In this document: piece after piece, positions 44,570 through 55,331 of the stretch
How positions within the stretch are numbered: position 1 is the first letter of the stretch
How the letters are laid out: the number at the start of each line of letters is the position of its first letter
Source of the DNA: Escherichia coli
GTDB lineage: Bacteria > Pseudomonadota > Gammaproteobacteria > Enterobacterales > Enterobacteriaceae
Assembly: GCF_013122565.1 (NCBI RefSeq)
Contig: NZ_CP053258.1
Strand: one strand, 5' to 3'
Length of the DNA stretch: 64,000 nucleotides
Notes under the pieces: model-generated
Told to the model about the DNA's origin: nothing
What the model saw: only the letters and a program-made list of their open reading frames with translations
Database searches by the model: none
Program-made: the position numbers and the translations under genes

Positions 44570-46330
44570 ATGACGCAAACATTTATCCCCGGCAAAGATG
44601 CCGCTCTGGAAGATTCCATCGCTCGCTTCCAGCAAAAACTTTCAGACCTCGGCTTTCAGATTGAAGAGGCCTCCTGGCTGAATCCCGTGCCTAACGTCTG
44701 GTCTGTACATATTCGCGACAAAGAGTGCGCACTGTGTTTTACCAACGGTAAAGGCGCAACCAAAAAAGCAGCGCTGGCTTCTGCACTCGGTGAATATTTC
44801 GAGCGTCTCTCAACCAACTACTTTTTTGCTGATTTCTGGCTGGGCGAAACCATCGCCAACGGCCCGTTCGTACATTACCCCAACGAAAAATGGTTCCCTC
44901 TGACAGAAAATGACGATGTGCCAGAAGGGCTGCTCGATGACCGTCTGCGTGCTTTTTACGATCCGGAAAATGAACTGACCGGCAGCATGCTAATTGACCT
45001 GCAATCCGGTAACGAAGATCGTGGTATTTGCGGTCTGCCGTTTACACGCCAGTCTGATAATCAAACCGTTTATATTCCGATGAATATCATTGGTAACCTG
45101 TACGTTTCTAACGGTATGTCCGCTGGCAATACCCGCAACGAAGCGCGCGTTCAGGGATTATCTGAAGTTTTCGAACGCTACGTGAAAAACCGCATTATTG
45201 CTGAAAGCATCAGCCTGCCAGAGATCCCGGCAGAGGTGCTTGCGCGTTATCCAGCGGTGGTTGAAGCGATCGAAACACTGGAAGCGGAAGGTTTCCCGAT
45301 CTTCGCTTATGATGCCTCGCTTGGCGGTCAATATCCGGTGATCTGCGTGGTACTGTTCAATCCAGCTAATGGTACCTGCTTTGCATCCTTCGGTGCACAT
45401 CCTGATTTTGGCGTTGCACTGGAACGTACCGTGACCGAGTTGCTGCAAGGACGCGGTCTAAAAGATTTGGATGTGTTTACTCCGCCAACCTTCGATGATG
45501 ATGAAGTCGCTGAACATACTAACCTCGAAACGCACTTTATCGATTCCAGCGGTTTAATCTCCTGGGACCTGTTCAAGCAGGATGCCGATTATCCGTTTGT
45601 GGACTGGAGCTTCTCCGGCACCACGGAAGAAGAGTTTGCTACGCTGATGGCTATCTTCAACAAAGAAGATAAAGAAGTTTATATTGCCGATTACGAGCAT
45701 CTGGGCGTTTATGCTTGCCGCATTATCGTGCCTGGCATGTCCGATATTTATCCGGCAGAAGATCTGTGGCTGGCGAATAACAGCATGGGCAGCCATTTAC
45801 GTGAAACGATTCTTTCGCTCCCAGGCAGCGAGTGGGAAAAAGAAGATTACCTGAACCTTATCGAGCAACTGGATGAAGAAGGTTTTGATGACTTTACCCG
45901 CGTGCGTGAGCTATTGGGTCTGGCGACCGGGTCGGATAACGGTTGGTACACCCTGCGTATCGGTGAATTAAAAGCCATGCTGGCGCTGGCTGGTGGCGAT
46001 CTGGAACAGGCTCTGGTCTGGACCGAATGGACGATGGAGTTTAACTCATCAGTATTTAGTCCGGAACGCGCCAACTATTATCGCTGCCTGCAAACGTTGT
46101 TATTACTGGCGCAGGAAGAAGATCGCCAGCCGCTGCAATATTTGAATGCGTTTGTTCGCATGTACGGCGCAGATGCCGTGGAAGCCGCCAGTGCGGCAAT
46201 GAGCGGCGAAGCGGCGTTTTATGGCTTGCAACCAGTAGATAGCGATCTGCACGCGTTTGCTGCACATCAGTCGTTGTTGAAAGCCTACGAAAAGCTGCAG
46301 CGCGCCAAAGCAGCATTCTGGGCAAAATAA
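44570..46330 (+). CDS. ycaO: YcaO-domain protein (ATP-dependent; ribosomal protein S12 methylthiolation accessory factor)
   Basis: ORF 44537..46330; start at MTQTFIPGKDAALEDSIARFQQ (586 aa). Confidence 0.9.
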   Translation: MTQTFIPGKDAALEDSIARFQQKLSDLGFQIEEASWLNPVPNVWSVHIRDKECALCFTNGKGATKKAALASALGEYFERLSTNYFFADFWLGETIANGPFVHYPNEKWFPLTENDDVPEGLLDDRLRAFYDPENELTGSMLIDLQSGNEDRGICGLPFTRQSDNQTVYIPMNIIGNLYVSNGMSAGNTRNEARVQGLSEVFERYVKNRIIAESISLPEIPAEVLARYPAVVEAIETLEAEGFPIFAYDASLGGQYPVICVVLFNPANGTCFASFGAHPDFGVALERTVTELLQGRGLKDLDVFTPPTFDDDEVAEHTNLETHFIDSSGLISWDLFKQDADYPFVDWSFSGTTEEEFATLMAIFNKEDKEVYIADYEHLGVYACRIIVPGMSDIYPAEDLWLANNSMGSHLRETILSLPGSEWEKEDYLNLIEQLDEEGFDDFTRVRELLGLATGSDNGWYTLRIGELKAMLALAGGDLEQALVWTEWTMEFNSSVFSPERANYYRCLQTLLLLAQEEDRQPLQYLNAFVRMYGADAVEAASAAMSGEAAFYGLQPVDSDLHAFAAHQSLLKAYEKLQRAKAAFWAK

Positions 46331-46338
46331 AATCAAAT

Positions 46339-46357
46339 AGCCTACGCAATGTAGGCT
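46339..46357 (+). terminator. Hairpin immediately after ycaO stop (weak terminator candidate)
   Basis: AGCCTAC-gcaat-GTAGGCT; a second hairpin GGGGCAT-N7-ATGCCCC lies at 46383..46403. Confidence 0.35.
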
Positions 46358-46661
46358 TAATGATTCGTCTGAGTTATATTATGGGGCATTTTTTTAATGC
46401 CCCGCTTTACATATATTTGCATTAATAAAATAATTGTAATTATAAAGTTAAATATCGGTAATTTGTATTTAATAAATACGATCGATATTGTTACTTTATT
46501 TGCCTGATGCTCCCTTTTAATTAACTGTTTTAGCGGAGGATGCAGAAAAAATTCAACTCATTTGTTAATTTTTAAAATTTATTTTTATTTGGATAATCAA
46601 ACATTTACTCCGTATTTGCATAAAAACCATGCGAGTTACGGGCCTATAAGCCAGGCGAGAT

Positions 46662-46675
46662 ATGATCTATATCAA
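46662..46675 (+). promoter_or_regulatory. Putative FNR box upstream of focA-pflB
   Basis: aTGAT-ctat-ATCAA (13/14 match to TTGAT-N4-ATCAA) about 70 nt upstream of focA GTG, followed by -10-like TAGTAT (46698..46703). Confidence 0.4.
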
Positions 46676-46735
46676 TTTCTCATCTATAATGCTTTGTTAG
46701 TATCTCGTCGCCGACTTAATAAAGAGAGAGTTAGT

Positions 46736-47593
46736 GTGAAAGCTGACAACCCTTTTGATCTTTTACTTCCTGCTGCAATGGCCAAAGTGGCCGAAGAGGC
46801 GGGTGTCTATAAAGCAACGAAACATCCGCTTAAGACTTTCTATCTGGCGATTACTGCCGGTGTTTTCATCTCAATCGCATTCGTCTTCTATATCACAGCA
46901 ACCACTGGCACAGGCACAATGCCCTTCGGCATGGCAAAACTGGTTGGCGGCATTTGCTTCTCTCTGGGGCTGATTCTTTGTGTTGTCTGCGGAGCCGATC
47001 TCTTTACTTCCACAGTGTTGATTGTTGTTGCTAAGGCGAGTGGGCGCATCACCTGGGGTCAGTTGGCGAAAAACTGGCTAAATGTCTATTTCGGCAACCT
47101 GGTCGGCGCACTGCTGTTTGTACTTTTAATGTGGCTTTCCGGCGAGTATATGACCGCAAATGGTCAATGGGGACTAAACGTCCTACAAACCGCCGACCAC
47201 AAAGTGCACCATACTTTTATTGAGGCCGTCTGCCTTGGTATCCTGGCAAACCTGATGGTATGTCTGGCAGTATGGATGAGTTATTCTGGCCGTAGCCTGA
47301 TGGACAAAGCGTTCATTATGGTGCTGCCGGTCGCGATGTTTGTTGCCAGCGGTTTTGAGCACAGTATCGCAAACATGTTTATGATCCCGATGGGTATTGT
47401 AATCCGCGACTTCGCATCTCCGGAATTCTGGGCCGCTGTCGGTTCTGCACCGGAAAATTTTTCTCACCTGACCGTGATGAACTTCATCACTGATAACCTG
47501 ATTCCGGTTACGATCGGTAATATTATCGGCGGTGGTTTGTTGGTTGGGTTGACATACTGGGTCATTTATCTGCGTGAAAACGATCACCATTAA
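46736..47593 (+). CDS. focA: Formate channel FocA
   Basis: In-frame GTG start at 46736 giving (M)KADNPFDLLLPAAMAKVAEEAGVYKATKHP…, 285 aa; FNT family; no ATG in frame nearby. Confidence 0.9.
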   Translation: MKADNPFDLLLPAAMAKVAEEAGVYKATKHPLKTFYLAITAGVFISIAFVFYITATTGTGTMPFGMAKLVGGICFSLGLILCVVCGADLFTSTVLIVVAKASGRITWGQLAKNWLNVYFGNLVGALLFVLLMWLSGEYMTANGQWGLNVLQTADHKVHHTFIEAVCLGILANLMVCLAVWMSYSGRSLMDKAFIMVLPVAMFVASGFEHSIANMFMIPMGIVIRDFASPEFWAAVGSAPENFSHLTVMNFITDNLIPVTIGNIIGGGLLVGLTYWVIYLRENDHH

Positions 47594-47647
47594 TGGTTGT
47601 CGAAGTACGCAGTAAATAAAAAATCCACTTAAGAAGGTAGGTGTTAC

Positions 47648-49930
47648 ATGTCCGAGCTTAATGAAAAGTTAGCCACAGCCTGGGAAGGTTTTACCAAAGG
47701 TGACTGGCAGAATGAAGTAAACGTCCGTGACTTCATTCAGAAAAACTACACTCCGTACGAGGGTGACGAGTCCTTCCTGGCTGGCGCTACTGAAGCGACC
47801 ACCACCCTGTGGGACAAAGTAATGGAAGGCGTTAAACTGGAAAACCGCACTCACGCGCCAGTTGACTTTGACACCGCTGTTGCTTCCACCATCACCTCTC
47901 ACGACGCTGGCTACATCAACAAAGCGTTGGAAAAAGTTGTTGGTCTGCAGACTGAAGCTCCGCTGAAACGTGCTCTTATCCCGTTCGGTGGTATCAAAAT
48001 GATCGAAGGTTCCTGCAAAGCGTACAACCGCGAACTGGACCCGATGATCAAAAAAATCTTCACTGAATACCGTAAAACTCACAACCAGGGCGTGTTCGAC
48101 GTTTACACTCCGGACATCCTGCGTTGCCGTAAATCCGGTGTTCTGACCGGTCTGCCAGATGCTTATGGCCGTGGTCGTATCATCGGTGACTACCGTCGCG
48201 TTGCACTGTACGGTATCGACTACCTGATGAAAGACAAATACGCTCAGTTCACCTCTCTGCAGGCTGATCTGGAAAACGGCGTAAACCTGGAACAGACTAT
48301 CCGTCTGCGCGAAGAAATCGCTGAACAGCACCGCGCTCTGGGTCAGATGAAAGAAATGGCTGCGAAATACGGCTACGACATCTCTGGTCCGGCTACCAAC
48401 GCTCAGGAAGCTATCCAGTGGACTTACTTCGGCTACCTGGCTGCTGTTAAGTCTCAGAACGGTGCTGCAATGTCCTTCGGTCGTACCTCCACCTTCCTGG
48501 ATGTGTACATCGAACGTGACCTGAAAGCTGGTAAGATCACCGAACAAGAAGCGCAGGAAATGGTTGACCACCTGGTCATGAAACTGCGTATGGTTCGCTT
48601 CCTGCGTACTCCGGAATACGATGAACTGTTCTCTGGCGACCCGATCTGGGCAACCGAATCTATCGGTGGTATGGGCCTTGACGGTCGTACCCTGGTTACC
48701 AAAAACAGCTTCCGTTTCCTGAACACCCTGTACACCATGGGTCCGTCTCCGGAACCGAACATGACCATTCTGTGGTCTGAAAAACTGCCGCTGAACTTCA
48801 AGAAATTCGCCGCTAAAGTGTCCATCGACACCTCTTCTCTGCAGTATGAGAACGATGACCTGATGCGTCCGGACTTCAACAACGATGACTACGCTATCGC
48901 TTGCTGCGTAAGCCCGATGATCGTTGGTAAACAAATGCAGTTCTTCGGTGCGCGTGCAAACCTGGCGAAAACCATGCTGTACGCAATCAACGGCGGCGTT
49001 GACGAAAAACTGAAAATGCAGGTTGGTCCGAAGTCTGAGCCGATCAAAGGCGATCTCCTGAACTACGATGAAGTGATGGAGCGCATGGATCACTTCATGG
49101 ACTGGCTGGCTAAACAGTACATCACTGCACTGAACATCATCCACTACATGCACGACAAGTACAGCTACGAAGCCTCTCTGATGGCGCTGCACGACCGTGA
49201 CGTTATCCGTACCATGGCGTGTGGTATCGCTGGTCTGTCCGTTGCTGCTGACTCCCTGTCTGCAATCAAATATGCGAAAGTTAAACCGATTCGTGACGAA
49301 GACGGTCTGGCTATCGACTTCGAAATCGAAGGCGAATACCCGCAGTTTGGTAACAACGATCCGCGTGTAGATGACCTGGCTGTTGACCTGGTAGAACGTT
49401 TCATGAAGAAAATTCAGAAACTGCACACCTACCGTGACGCTATCCCGACTCAGTCTGTTCTGACCATCACGTCTAACGTTGTGTATGGTAAGAAAACTGG
49501 TAACACCCCAGACGGTCGTCGTGCTGGCGCGCCGTTCGGACCGGGTGCTAACCCGATGCACGGTCGTGACCAGAAAGGTGCTGTAGCGTCTCTGACTTCC
49601 GTTGCTAAACTGCCGTTTGCTTACGCTAAAGATGGTATCTCCTACACCTTCTCTATCGTTCCGAACGCACTGGGTAAAGACGACGAAGTTCGTAAGACCA
49701 ACCTGGCTGGTCTGATGGATGGTTACTTCCACCACGAAGCGTCCATCGAAGGTGGTCAGCACCTGAACGTTAACGTGATGAACCGTGAAATGCTGCTCGA
49801 CGCGATGGAAAACCCGGAAAAATATCCGCAGCTGACCATCCGTGTATCTGGCTACGCAGTACGTTTCAACTCGCTGACTAAAGAACAGCAGCAGGACGTT
49901 ATTACTCGTACCTTCACTCAATCTATGTAA
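47648..49930 (+). CDS. pflB: Pyruvate formate-lyase (formate C-acetyltransferase 1)
   Basis: 760-aa [27 protein letters not shown]…; C-terminal glycyl-radical motif RVSGYAV. Confidence 0.98.
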   Translation: MSELNEKLATAWEGFTKGDWQNEVNVRDFIQKNYTPYEGDESFLAGATEATTTLWDKVMEGVKLENRTHAPVDFDTAVASTITSHDAGYINKALEKVVGLQTEAPLKRALIPFGGIKMIEGSCKAYNRELDPMIKKIFTEYRKTHNQGVFDVYTPDILRCRKSGVLTGLPDAYGRGRIIGDYRRVALYGIDYLMKDKYAQFTSLQADLENGVNLEQTIRLREEIAEQHRALGQMKEMAAKYGYDISGPATNAQEAIQWTYFGYLAAVKSQNGAAMSFGRTSTFLDVYIERDLKAGKITEQEAQEMVDHLVMKLRMVRFLRTPEYDELFSGDPIWATESIGGMGLDGRTLVTKNSFRFLNTLYTMGPSPEPNMTILWSEKLPLNFKKFAAKVSIDTSSLQYENDDLMRPDFNNDDYAIACCVSPMIVGKQMQFFGARANLAKTMLYAINGGVDEKLKMQVGPKSEPIKGDLLNYDEVMERMDHFMDWLAKQYITALNIIHYMHDKYSYEASLMALHDRDVIRTMACGIAGLSVAADSLSAIKYAKVKPIRDEDGLAIDFEIEGEYPQFGNNDPRVDDLAVDLVERFMKKIQKLHTYRDAIPTQSVLTITSNVVYGKKTGNTPDGRRAGAPFGPGANPMHGRDQKGAVASLTSVAKLPFAYAKDGISYTFSIVPNALGKDDEVRKTNLAGLMDGYFHHEASIEGGQHLNVNVMNREMLLDAMENPEKYPQLTIRVSGYAVRFNSLTKEQQQDVITRTFTQSM

Positions 49931-49971
49931 TTAGATTTGACTGAAATCGTACAGTAAAAAGCGTACAATAA

Positions 49972-49998
49972 AGGCTCCACGAAAGTGGGGCCTTTTTT
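49972..49998 (+). terminator. Rho-independent terminator after pflB
   Basis: AGGCTCCAC-gaaa-GTGGGGCCT hairpin followed by TTTTTT. Confidence 0.7.
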
Positions 49999-50121
49999 AG
50001 CACGAGAGCCTTTTTTGTCAGCTATCTATACTTTAAGGTGACTGCCAAAACAGACTCGACGTAGCCTTCGAGCTGCGCACCAACACGGCCTCAGATGGGC
50101 CACATCTGGAGAAACACCGCA

Positions 50122-50862
50122 ATGTCAGTTATTGGTCGCATTCACTCCTTTGAATCCTGTGGAACCGTAGACGGCCCGGGTATTCGCTTTATCACCTTTT
50201 TCCAGGGCTGCCTGATGCGCTGCCTGTATTGTCATAACCGCGACACCTGGGATACGCATGGCGGTAAAGAAGTTACCGTTGAAGATTTGATGAAGGAAGT
50301 GGTGACCTATCGCCACTTTATGAACGCTTCCGGCGGCGGCGTTACCGCATCCGGCGGTGAAGCAATCCTGCAAGCTGAGTTTGTTCGTGACTGGTTCCGC
50401 GCCTGCAAAAAAGAAGGCATTCATACCTGTCTGGACACCAACGGTTTTGTTCGTCGTTACGATCCGGTGATTGATGAACTGCTGGAAGTAACCGACCTGG
50501 TAATGCTCGATCTCAAACAAATGAACGACGAGATCCACCAAAATCTGGTTGGAGTTTCCAACCACCGCACGCTGGAGTTCGCCAAATATCTGGCGAACAA
50601 AAATGTGAAGGTGTGGATCCGCTACGTTGTTGTCCCAGGCTGGTCTGACGATGACGATTCAGCGCATCGCCTCGGTGAATTTACCCGTGATATGGGCAAC
50701 GTTGAGAAAATCGAACTCCTCCCCTACCACGAGCTGGGCAAACACAAATGGGTGGCAATGGGTGAAGAGTACAAACTCGACGGTGTTAAACCACCTAAGA
50801 AAGAGACCATGGAACGCGTGAAAGGCATTCTTGAGCAGTACGGTCATAAGGTAATGTTCTAA
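50122..50862 (+). CDS. pflA: Pyruvate formate-lyase activating enzyme (radical SAM)
   Basis: ORF 50095..50862; start at [20 protein letters not shown] (246 aa); CxxxCxxC (CLMRCLYC). Confidence 0.95.
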   Translation: MSVIGRIHSFESCGTVDGPGIRFITFFQGCLMRCLYCHNRDTWDTHGGKEVTVEDLMKEVVTYRHFMNASGGGVTASGGEAILQAEFVRDWFRACKKEGIHTCLDTNGFVRRYDPVIDELLEVTDLVMLDLKQMNDEIHQNLVGVSNHRTLEFAKYLANKNVKVWIRYVVVPGWSDDDDSAHRLGEFTRDMGNVEKIELLPYHELGKHKWVAMGEEYKLDGVKPPKKETMERVKGILEQYGHKVMF

Positions 50863-50871
50863 TTTCCCCGT

Positions 50872-50904
50872 AAAGCGGCAACTTTATTGAGTTGCCGCTT
50901 TTTT
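50872..50904 (+). terminator. Rho-independent terminator after pflA (in convergent gap with ycaK)
   Basis: AAAGCGGCAAC-tttattga-GTTGCCGCTTT hairpin followed by TTTT. Confidence 0.65.
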
Positions 50905-50943
50905 ATTCCGCGCTTCATTCTGCTACAGCGTTTTTAACACATT

Positions 50944-51534
50944 TTATAGTGCATCTACCATATCCCGTACCTGAGATAATAACGACTGATAATAGCTCGC
51001 ATGAAGTTCTTGCCCATCGAATACCACTGTATTACACAAGAAAGTGACATCGGCATCTTCAATACCAAGATAACTGCACATATTTATCAAATAATCGCTT
51101 ATATTTTTTTCCCAGCCCATCTGGACAAATGATTCTTTGTCTCCTCCAACCAGCGCCACCCAACGAACTTTATTGAATGGTAATTTGTGCCCATCTCCAT
51201 AAGCCAGCCCATTATTCCATACTCTGTCAATATATCCTTTTAGCATTGCCGGGAAGCTGTACCACCAGAGAGGAAAAACCACCACTAACGTGTCATGTTC
51301 AAGCAGCTCTGAATAAAGCTGATGAACCTCTGGAGAATAACGTTTATCCATATTCTTCCAGTCTGGTTCATCTTCTGGCGTCATCACCGGGTTGAAATTA
51401 CGCCGATATAAATCGAGTTCCGTCACCTGTATTTTCCGCTCCATTGCCCGCTGATGGATCGCATCAGCAATATGTGCGGTCAATGAATCATGACGAGGAT
51501 GGGCCCATACCAAATAAATACGTTCAGACTGCAT
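50944..51534 (-). CDS. ycaK: Flavodoxin-like NAD(P)H dehydrogenase (quinone)-family protein YcaK
   Basis: 196-aa ORF MQSERIYLVWAHPRHDSLTAHIADAIHQRAMERK…. Confidence 0.88.
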   Translation of the reverse strand: MQSERIYLVWAHPRHDSLTAHIADAIHQRAMERKIQVTELDLYRRNFNPVMTPEDEPDWKNMDKRYSPEVHQLYSELLEHDTLVVVFPLWWYSFPAMLKGYIDRVWNNGLAYGDGHKLPFNKVRWVALVGGDKESFVQMGWEKNISDYLINMCSYLGIEDADVTFLCNTVVFDGQELHASYYQSLLSQVRDMVDAL

Positions 51535-51583
51535 AATTTTACCTCCACGTTAAGTTCTGGAGCGCACTTTACGCAGGCGGCAT

Positions 51584-51604
51584 AATCATGTAAACGTGAT
51601 GATT
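51584..51604. promoter_or_regulatory. Interrupted dyad in ycaK-ycaN divergent promoter region (candidate LysR-type operator)
   Basis: AATCAT-gtaaacgtg-ATGATT (6-N9-6 perfect inverted repeat) 30 nt upstream of ycaN start and 50 nt upstream of ycaK start. Confidence 0.3.
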
Positions 51605-51633
51605 CAGGATGAGTTAATGAAGGATTTTCACTA

Positions 51634-52542
51634 ATGCGGATGAATATGTCTGACTTTGCCACTTTCTTTGCTGTGGCCCGTAATCAAAGCTTTCGTGCAG
51701 CGGGCGATGAGTTAGGCTTATCCTCGTCCGCCATTAGCCATAGTATTAAAACACTGGAACAACGTCTTAAAATTCGCTTATTCAATCGGACAACCCGAAG
51801 CGTATCGTTAACGGAAGCGGGTTCTAATCTCTATGAACGATTGCGCCCAGCTTTCGACGAAATTCAGATCATGTTAGATGAAATGAATGATTTTCGTCTG
51901 ACACCGACAGGAACGCTCAAAATCAATGCCGCCCGGATAGCTGCACGTATATTTTTAATGCCTTTACTGGTTGGTTTCACACGTGAATATCCTGATATTA
52001 AAGTCGAGCTCACAACTGACGACTCTCTTATCGATATCGTCCAGCAGGGCTTTGACGCTGGCGTTCGACTTAGTGGCATCGTCGAAAAAGATATGATCAG
52101 CGTGGCGATCGGCCCGCCAGTGAAATTATGTGTAGCAGCAACGCCAGAGTACTTTACAAGATATGGCAAACCCCGCCATCCTCATGATCTGCTTAATCAT
52201 CAATGTGTTGTTTTTCGTTATCCCAGCGGTAAACCTTTCCACTGGCAATTTGCAAAGGATCTGGAAATTGCTGTCGCAGGGAATATCATTCTGGATGATG
52301 TTGATGCTGAACTGGATGCCGTTTTGATGGGGGCTGGTATCGGGTATCTGCTCTATGAACAGATCAAGGAGTACCTTGATACCGGTCGTTTAGAATGTGT
52401 ACTGGAAGACTGGATCACAGAGCGTCCAGGCTTCCAGGTCTATTACCCAAACCGCCAGTATATGTCCTGCGGCTTGCGCGCATTTCTCGATTATGTAAAA
52501 ACGGGCCAGATCTGCCAGAGTCAGCGTCACCGACCACAATAA
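51634..52542 (+). CDS. ycaN: LysR-family transcriptional regulator YcaN
   Basis: 302-aa ORF with N-terminal HTH (FRAAGDELGLSSSAISHSIKTLEQRLKIRLFNRTTRSVSLTEAG); divergent from ycaK. Confidence 0.9.
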   Translation: MRMNMSDFATFFAVARNQSFRAAGDELGLSSSAISHSIKTLEQRLKIRLFNRTTRSVSLTEAGSNLYERLRPAFDEIQIMLDEMNDFRLTPTGTLKINAARIAARIFLMPLLVGFTREYPDIKVELTTDDSLIDIVQQGFDAGVRLSGIVEKDMISVAIGPPVKLCVAATPEYFTRYGKPRHPHDLLNHQCVVFRYPSGKPFHWQFAKDLEIAVAGNIILDDVDAELDAVLMGAGIGYLLYEQIKEYLDTGRLECVLEDWITERPGFQVYYPNRQYMSCGLRAFLDYVKTGQICQSQRHRPQ

Positions 52543-53973
52543 TTATTTACTATTCGCTTTACGCGCCAGCAGCGGGAATATCAGTCCTAATCCTACCAGC
52601 ACAAACGGCGTTGCAACATTCAGCGCCAACTGGAAGGTCCACTCTGCAGTGAAGGCTTCCATTTTCGGGAAGATCCCCGTCAAACAGGCAAAGGCGGTAA
52701 AGGCAAAACACCAAATCCCGACGGTCATTGCCAGAGACTTATTACGAATAAAGACATATTCTGGTTTATATTTCTGCGCCAGGCGAACGACTGCAATAAA
52801 TGCAACAAATACCCATAAATAACGCAGCGGCATCACTACCGAGTTAAGATTCAACAGCCATTTATAGAGATTGTTCATATCACCGATGCCGAGAGTCGGC
52901 AGCATAATCAGGATCGCCACCAGCACCAGGGTCAGAAAATAGCCATTAACGGGCGTACCAGAAGCGTTGGTACGACATAAACTGGCAGGAATATATTTGC
53001 TGTCAGCGTCGCCTAATAGCACTTTAAGCGGGGCATCAATCGAGAATACCAGCGCAGCTACTTGTCCCAGGGTATTCGCAATGGCGTAAATCACCATTAA
53101 AGTATTCCCCATGTTGTAATACTCGCCCAGCTTCTGAAAGGCGTAATACTGACCGTTAGTCATTAAGTCATCCGGGATATTACGCGAGTCAAACATCATT
53201 CCCATCGCCAGTGAGCCCAGAATGGCACAAACCGCAACCATCACCGCCAGGCATAGCATCCCTTTTGGAAATTCTTTTCCTGGGTTGCGCGTTTGATTAA
53301 CGTAAGGAGAAATCTTCTCTGCTCCGCCAACCGCGAAAACCAGCATTGAAATAGTGGTAATGTAGGTAAAGTCGATATGAGGAATGAACGTTTCCCAGGT
53401 AATGTTTGTGGTCGCAATATGCACTTCAGTAATCGCAGGCGCGGTTACTGCCATCGCCACATACAGGAGCGACATAACAAACATCGCAATCCCTGCCACA
53501 GAACCGACGATTTTCAGCGATTTCATACCGCGTGAAGCAACCCACATAAAGAAGATAAACAGCACCAGCGTTAACCCCTGTAACGCTACGACTGAATATT
53601 CTTTGATTAGCGAACCGTCGCCTTTCATCGCCCAACCGAGCGCAATCAGAATTGCCTGGGGTTTTTGTGCCAGATAGGGAATATGCACCACCCAGTAGGT
53701 CCACGCGGCGAGATAAGCCAGTCCGGGTCCCATCGTGTGTTTAATCCAGGTACTGACCCCGCCCTTCCCATCTTTGAAGGTCGAGCCTAACTGTCCAACA
53801 ATTAGCGCATAAGGTGTGAAATAGAGCGCAAAGATAAACACCCATGAAAAAACAACCACCAGCCCCTGGTTGGCATAGTTATTAACAACATTGCCAAAAC
53901 CCCAGACAGTGATAAAAGACATCAGCGCAATGTTGTACCATCGCAGCTGTTTTTCCTGAACATTCCCAGCCAT
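52543..53973 (-). CDS. ycaM: APC-superfamily amino acid/polyamine transporter YcaM
   Basis: ORF 52543..54165; start placed at MAGNVQEKQLRWYNIALMSF (476 aa) with AAGGA SD upstream; polytopic membrane protein. Confidence 0.85.
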   Translation of the reverse strand: MAGNVQEKQLRWYNIALMSFITVWGFGNVVNNYANQGLVVVFSWVFIFALYFTPYALIVGQLGSTFKDGKGGVSTWIKHTMGPGLAYLAAWTYWVVHIPYLAQKPQAILIALGWAMKGDGSLIKEYSVVALQGLTLVLFIFFMWVASRGMKSLKIVGSVAGIAMFVMSLLYVAMAVTAPAITEVHIATTNITWETFIPHIDFTYITTISMLVFAVGGAEKISPYVNQTRNPGKEFPKGMLCLAVMVAVCAILGSLAMGMMFDSRNIPDDLMTNGQYYAFQKLGEYYNMGNTLMVIYAIANTLGQVAALVFSIDAPLKVLLGDADSKYIPASLCRTNASGTPVNGYFLTLVLVAILIMLPTLGIGDMNNLYKWLLNLNSVVMPLRYLWVFVAFIAVVRLAQKYKPEYVFIRNKSLAMTVGIWCFAFTAFACLTGIFPKMEAFTAEWTFQLALNVATPFVLVGLGLIFPLLARKANSK

Positions 53974-54130
53974 AGACAAATCCTTCGCCAAAATTAAAGG
54001 GGCATCTGTAAAACGAGGGATTATGCGCGGCAAATAAGAAGTGCGGAAATAGCGAAATGCAAAATTATAACCTGCTGCACATTTTATTTTTAAACGAATA
54101 AAATTTGGAAAAAAGCAAGTCAGATAGAAG

Positions 54131-54168
54131 AAACAAAAAAGCAGAGTGTGAAACAGTAAGTTCACACT
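54131..54168 (-). terminator. Rho-independent terminator after ycaD
   Basis: AGTGTGAA-acagtaag-TTCACACT hairpin; on ycaD strand followed by UGCUUUUUUGUUUCUUC. Confidence 0.55.
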
Positions 54169-54182
54169 TTGCTTGAATTCAT

Positions 54183-55331
54183 TTACACGTGAGCAACGGG
54201 TTTCGGCGTATGACCGGCGTTGCGAAGCAACATCAGCAAATAGATAAACGATACGCTGGCGATCATGATAAACAATAAATTATCGGAGAAATTCTGCATT
54301 AGCATAGCGGTAAATGACGGGCCAAGCAGACTTCCCACGGTATAGCTCAACAGTAAGGCCTGGTTCATCGCCACCAGTTGATGATGTTCAACTTTCTCGC
54401 AAGCCCAGGCCATCGCCACCGGATATAGCGTAAAGCCAGCGGCACCGAGGATGAATAACGCTGGGGCCATCGCCGCCTGGCTAAGCATCGCGATACTGCC
54501 GAGAATGACGACAAAGACCTGAACACGCAACACCAGCAGTCGACCAAACTTATCCGCCAGACGTCCGATCGGCCATTGTCCGAGGATACCCGCACTGACC
54601 AGTACCGCCATCCAGAAACCAATGCTGGCATTGCTCACCCCTTTGTGATTGAGGTACAGCGGCATCAGGCCATATAGAGATCCCAGAACGATTCCTGAGA
54701 TAATGCAGCCATTCACGCCAAGCCGCGCCTGACGGAGTTTTAGCATTGACGTAATTGACGTCGAATCATGGTTTTCAGCCTGCTGATTCAGGACACGTGT
54801 AAACAACAGCGGTAAGATCCCTGCCAACGTCAAACCTGTAACCCACGGCAATACGCTCATCAGCTCGGTTGAGACTTTGCTGACCAGTAACTGGCCTAAA
54901 AATGTTCCCACGTAATAAACCATCATATACGCAGCAAGCAAACGCCCACGGTTACGTGACGTTCCACTGCACATCAGCGCGCTCTCAACGACTACCCAAA
55001 TCATGGCACAGCCGACGCCCGCGACAAAACGCCACGCCAACCAGCTCCAGAAACCAATCATCAGGCCAAGGCCGGCACAGCCAGCGGCAAAAATGAAGGA
55101 GGCCAGATAATAGCTGCGGTTAAAGCCAATGCGTTTAATGACATACCCTGTCAGCAATGTACCGACAAGGTTGCCGGTAAAATAGGATGAGCTGACAACG
55201 CCTACCTGCCATGTGGACATGTGTTCCTGGGCGAGCCAAAGCGGCACGAGTGTATTTAACACCGCGATCGCCAGAGTCAACAAAAGCAGGCCAGACAGCA
55301 AAAGCATGACAGGCCGGGTATACGTGGACAT
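54183..55331 (-). CDS. ycaD: MFS transporter YcaD
   Basis: 382-aa [36 protein letters not shown]…; 12-TM MFS pattern. Confidence 0.9.
   Translation of the reverse strand: MSTYTRPVMLLLSGLLLLTLAIAVLNTLVPLWLAQEHMSTWQVGVVSSSYFTGNLVGTLLTGYVIKRIGFNRSYYLASFIFAAGCAGLGLMIGFWSWLAWRFVAGVGCAMIWVVVESALMCSGTSRNRGRLLAAYMMVYYVGTFLGQLLVSKVSTELMSVLPWVTGLTLAGILPLLFTRVLNQQAENHDSTSITSMLKLRQARLGVNGCIISGIVLGSLYGLMPLYLNHKGVSNASIGFWMAVLVSAGILGQWPIGRLADKFGRLLVLRVQVFVVILGSIAMLSQAAMAPALFILGAAGFTLYPVAMAWACEKVEHHQLVAMNQALLLSYTVGSLLGPSFTAMLMQNFSDNLLFIMIASVSFIYLLMLLRNAGHTPKPVAHV

Noticed and set aside
46561-46600. Second FNR-like sequence TTTGGATAATCAA upstream of focA
   Set aside because: Only one half-site (ATCAA) matches the consensus; the left half is poor. 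Not reported as a site.
47669-49921. 750-aa reverse-strand ORF spanning almost all of pflB, in exact codon register with it
   Set aside because: An antisense frame in codon register stays open whenever the sense gene avoids TTA, CTA and TCA codons, which highly expressed genes such as pflB do. There is no start context or independent promoter, and the translation is low-complexity. Treated as a codon-bias artefact, not a gene.
53974-54165. 64-codon in-frame N-terminal extension of ycaM from an upstream ATG; similar extensions for ycaI, ssuA, ssuC, pncB, asnS, ycaO, pflA, dmsC and loiP
   Set aside because: The internal starts match known protein N-termini or signal peptides and have better ribosome-binding context. 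The upstream extensions add non-conserved-looking residues and overlap neighbouring regulatory regions. Kept as the shorter forms.
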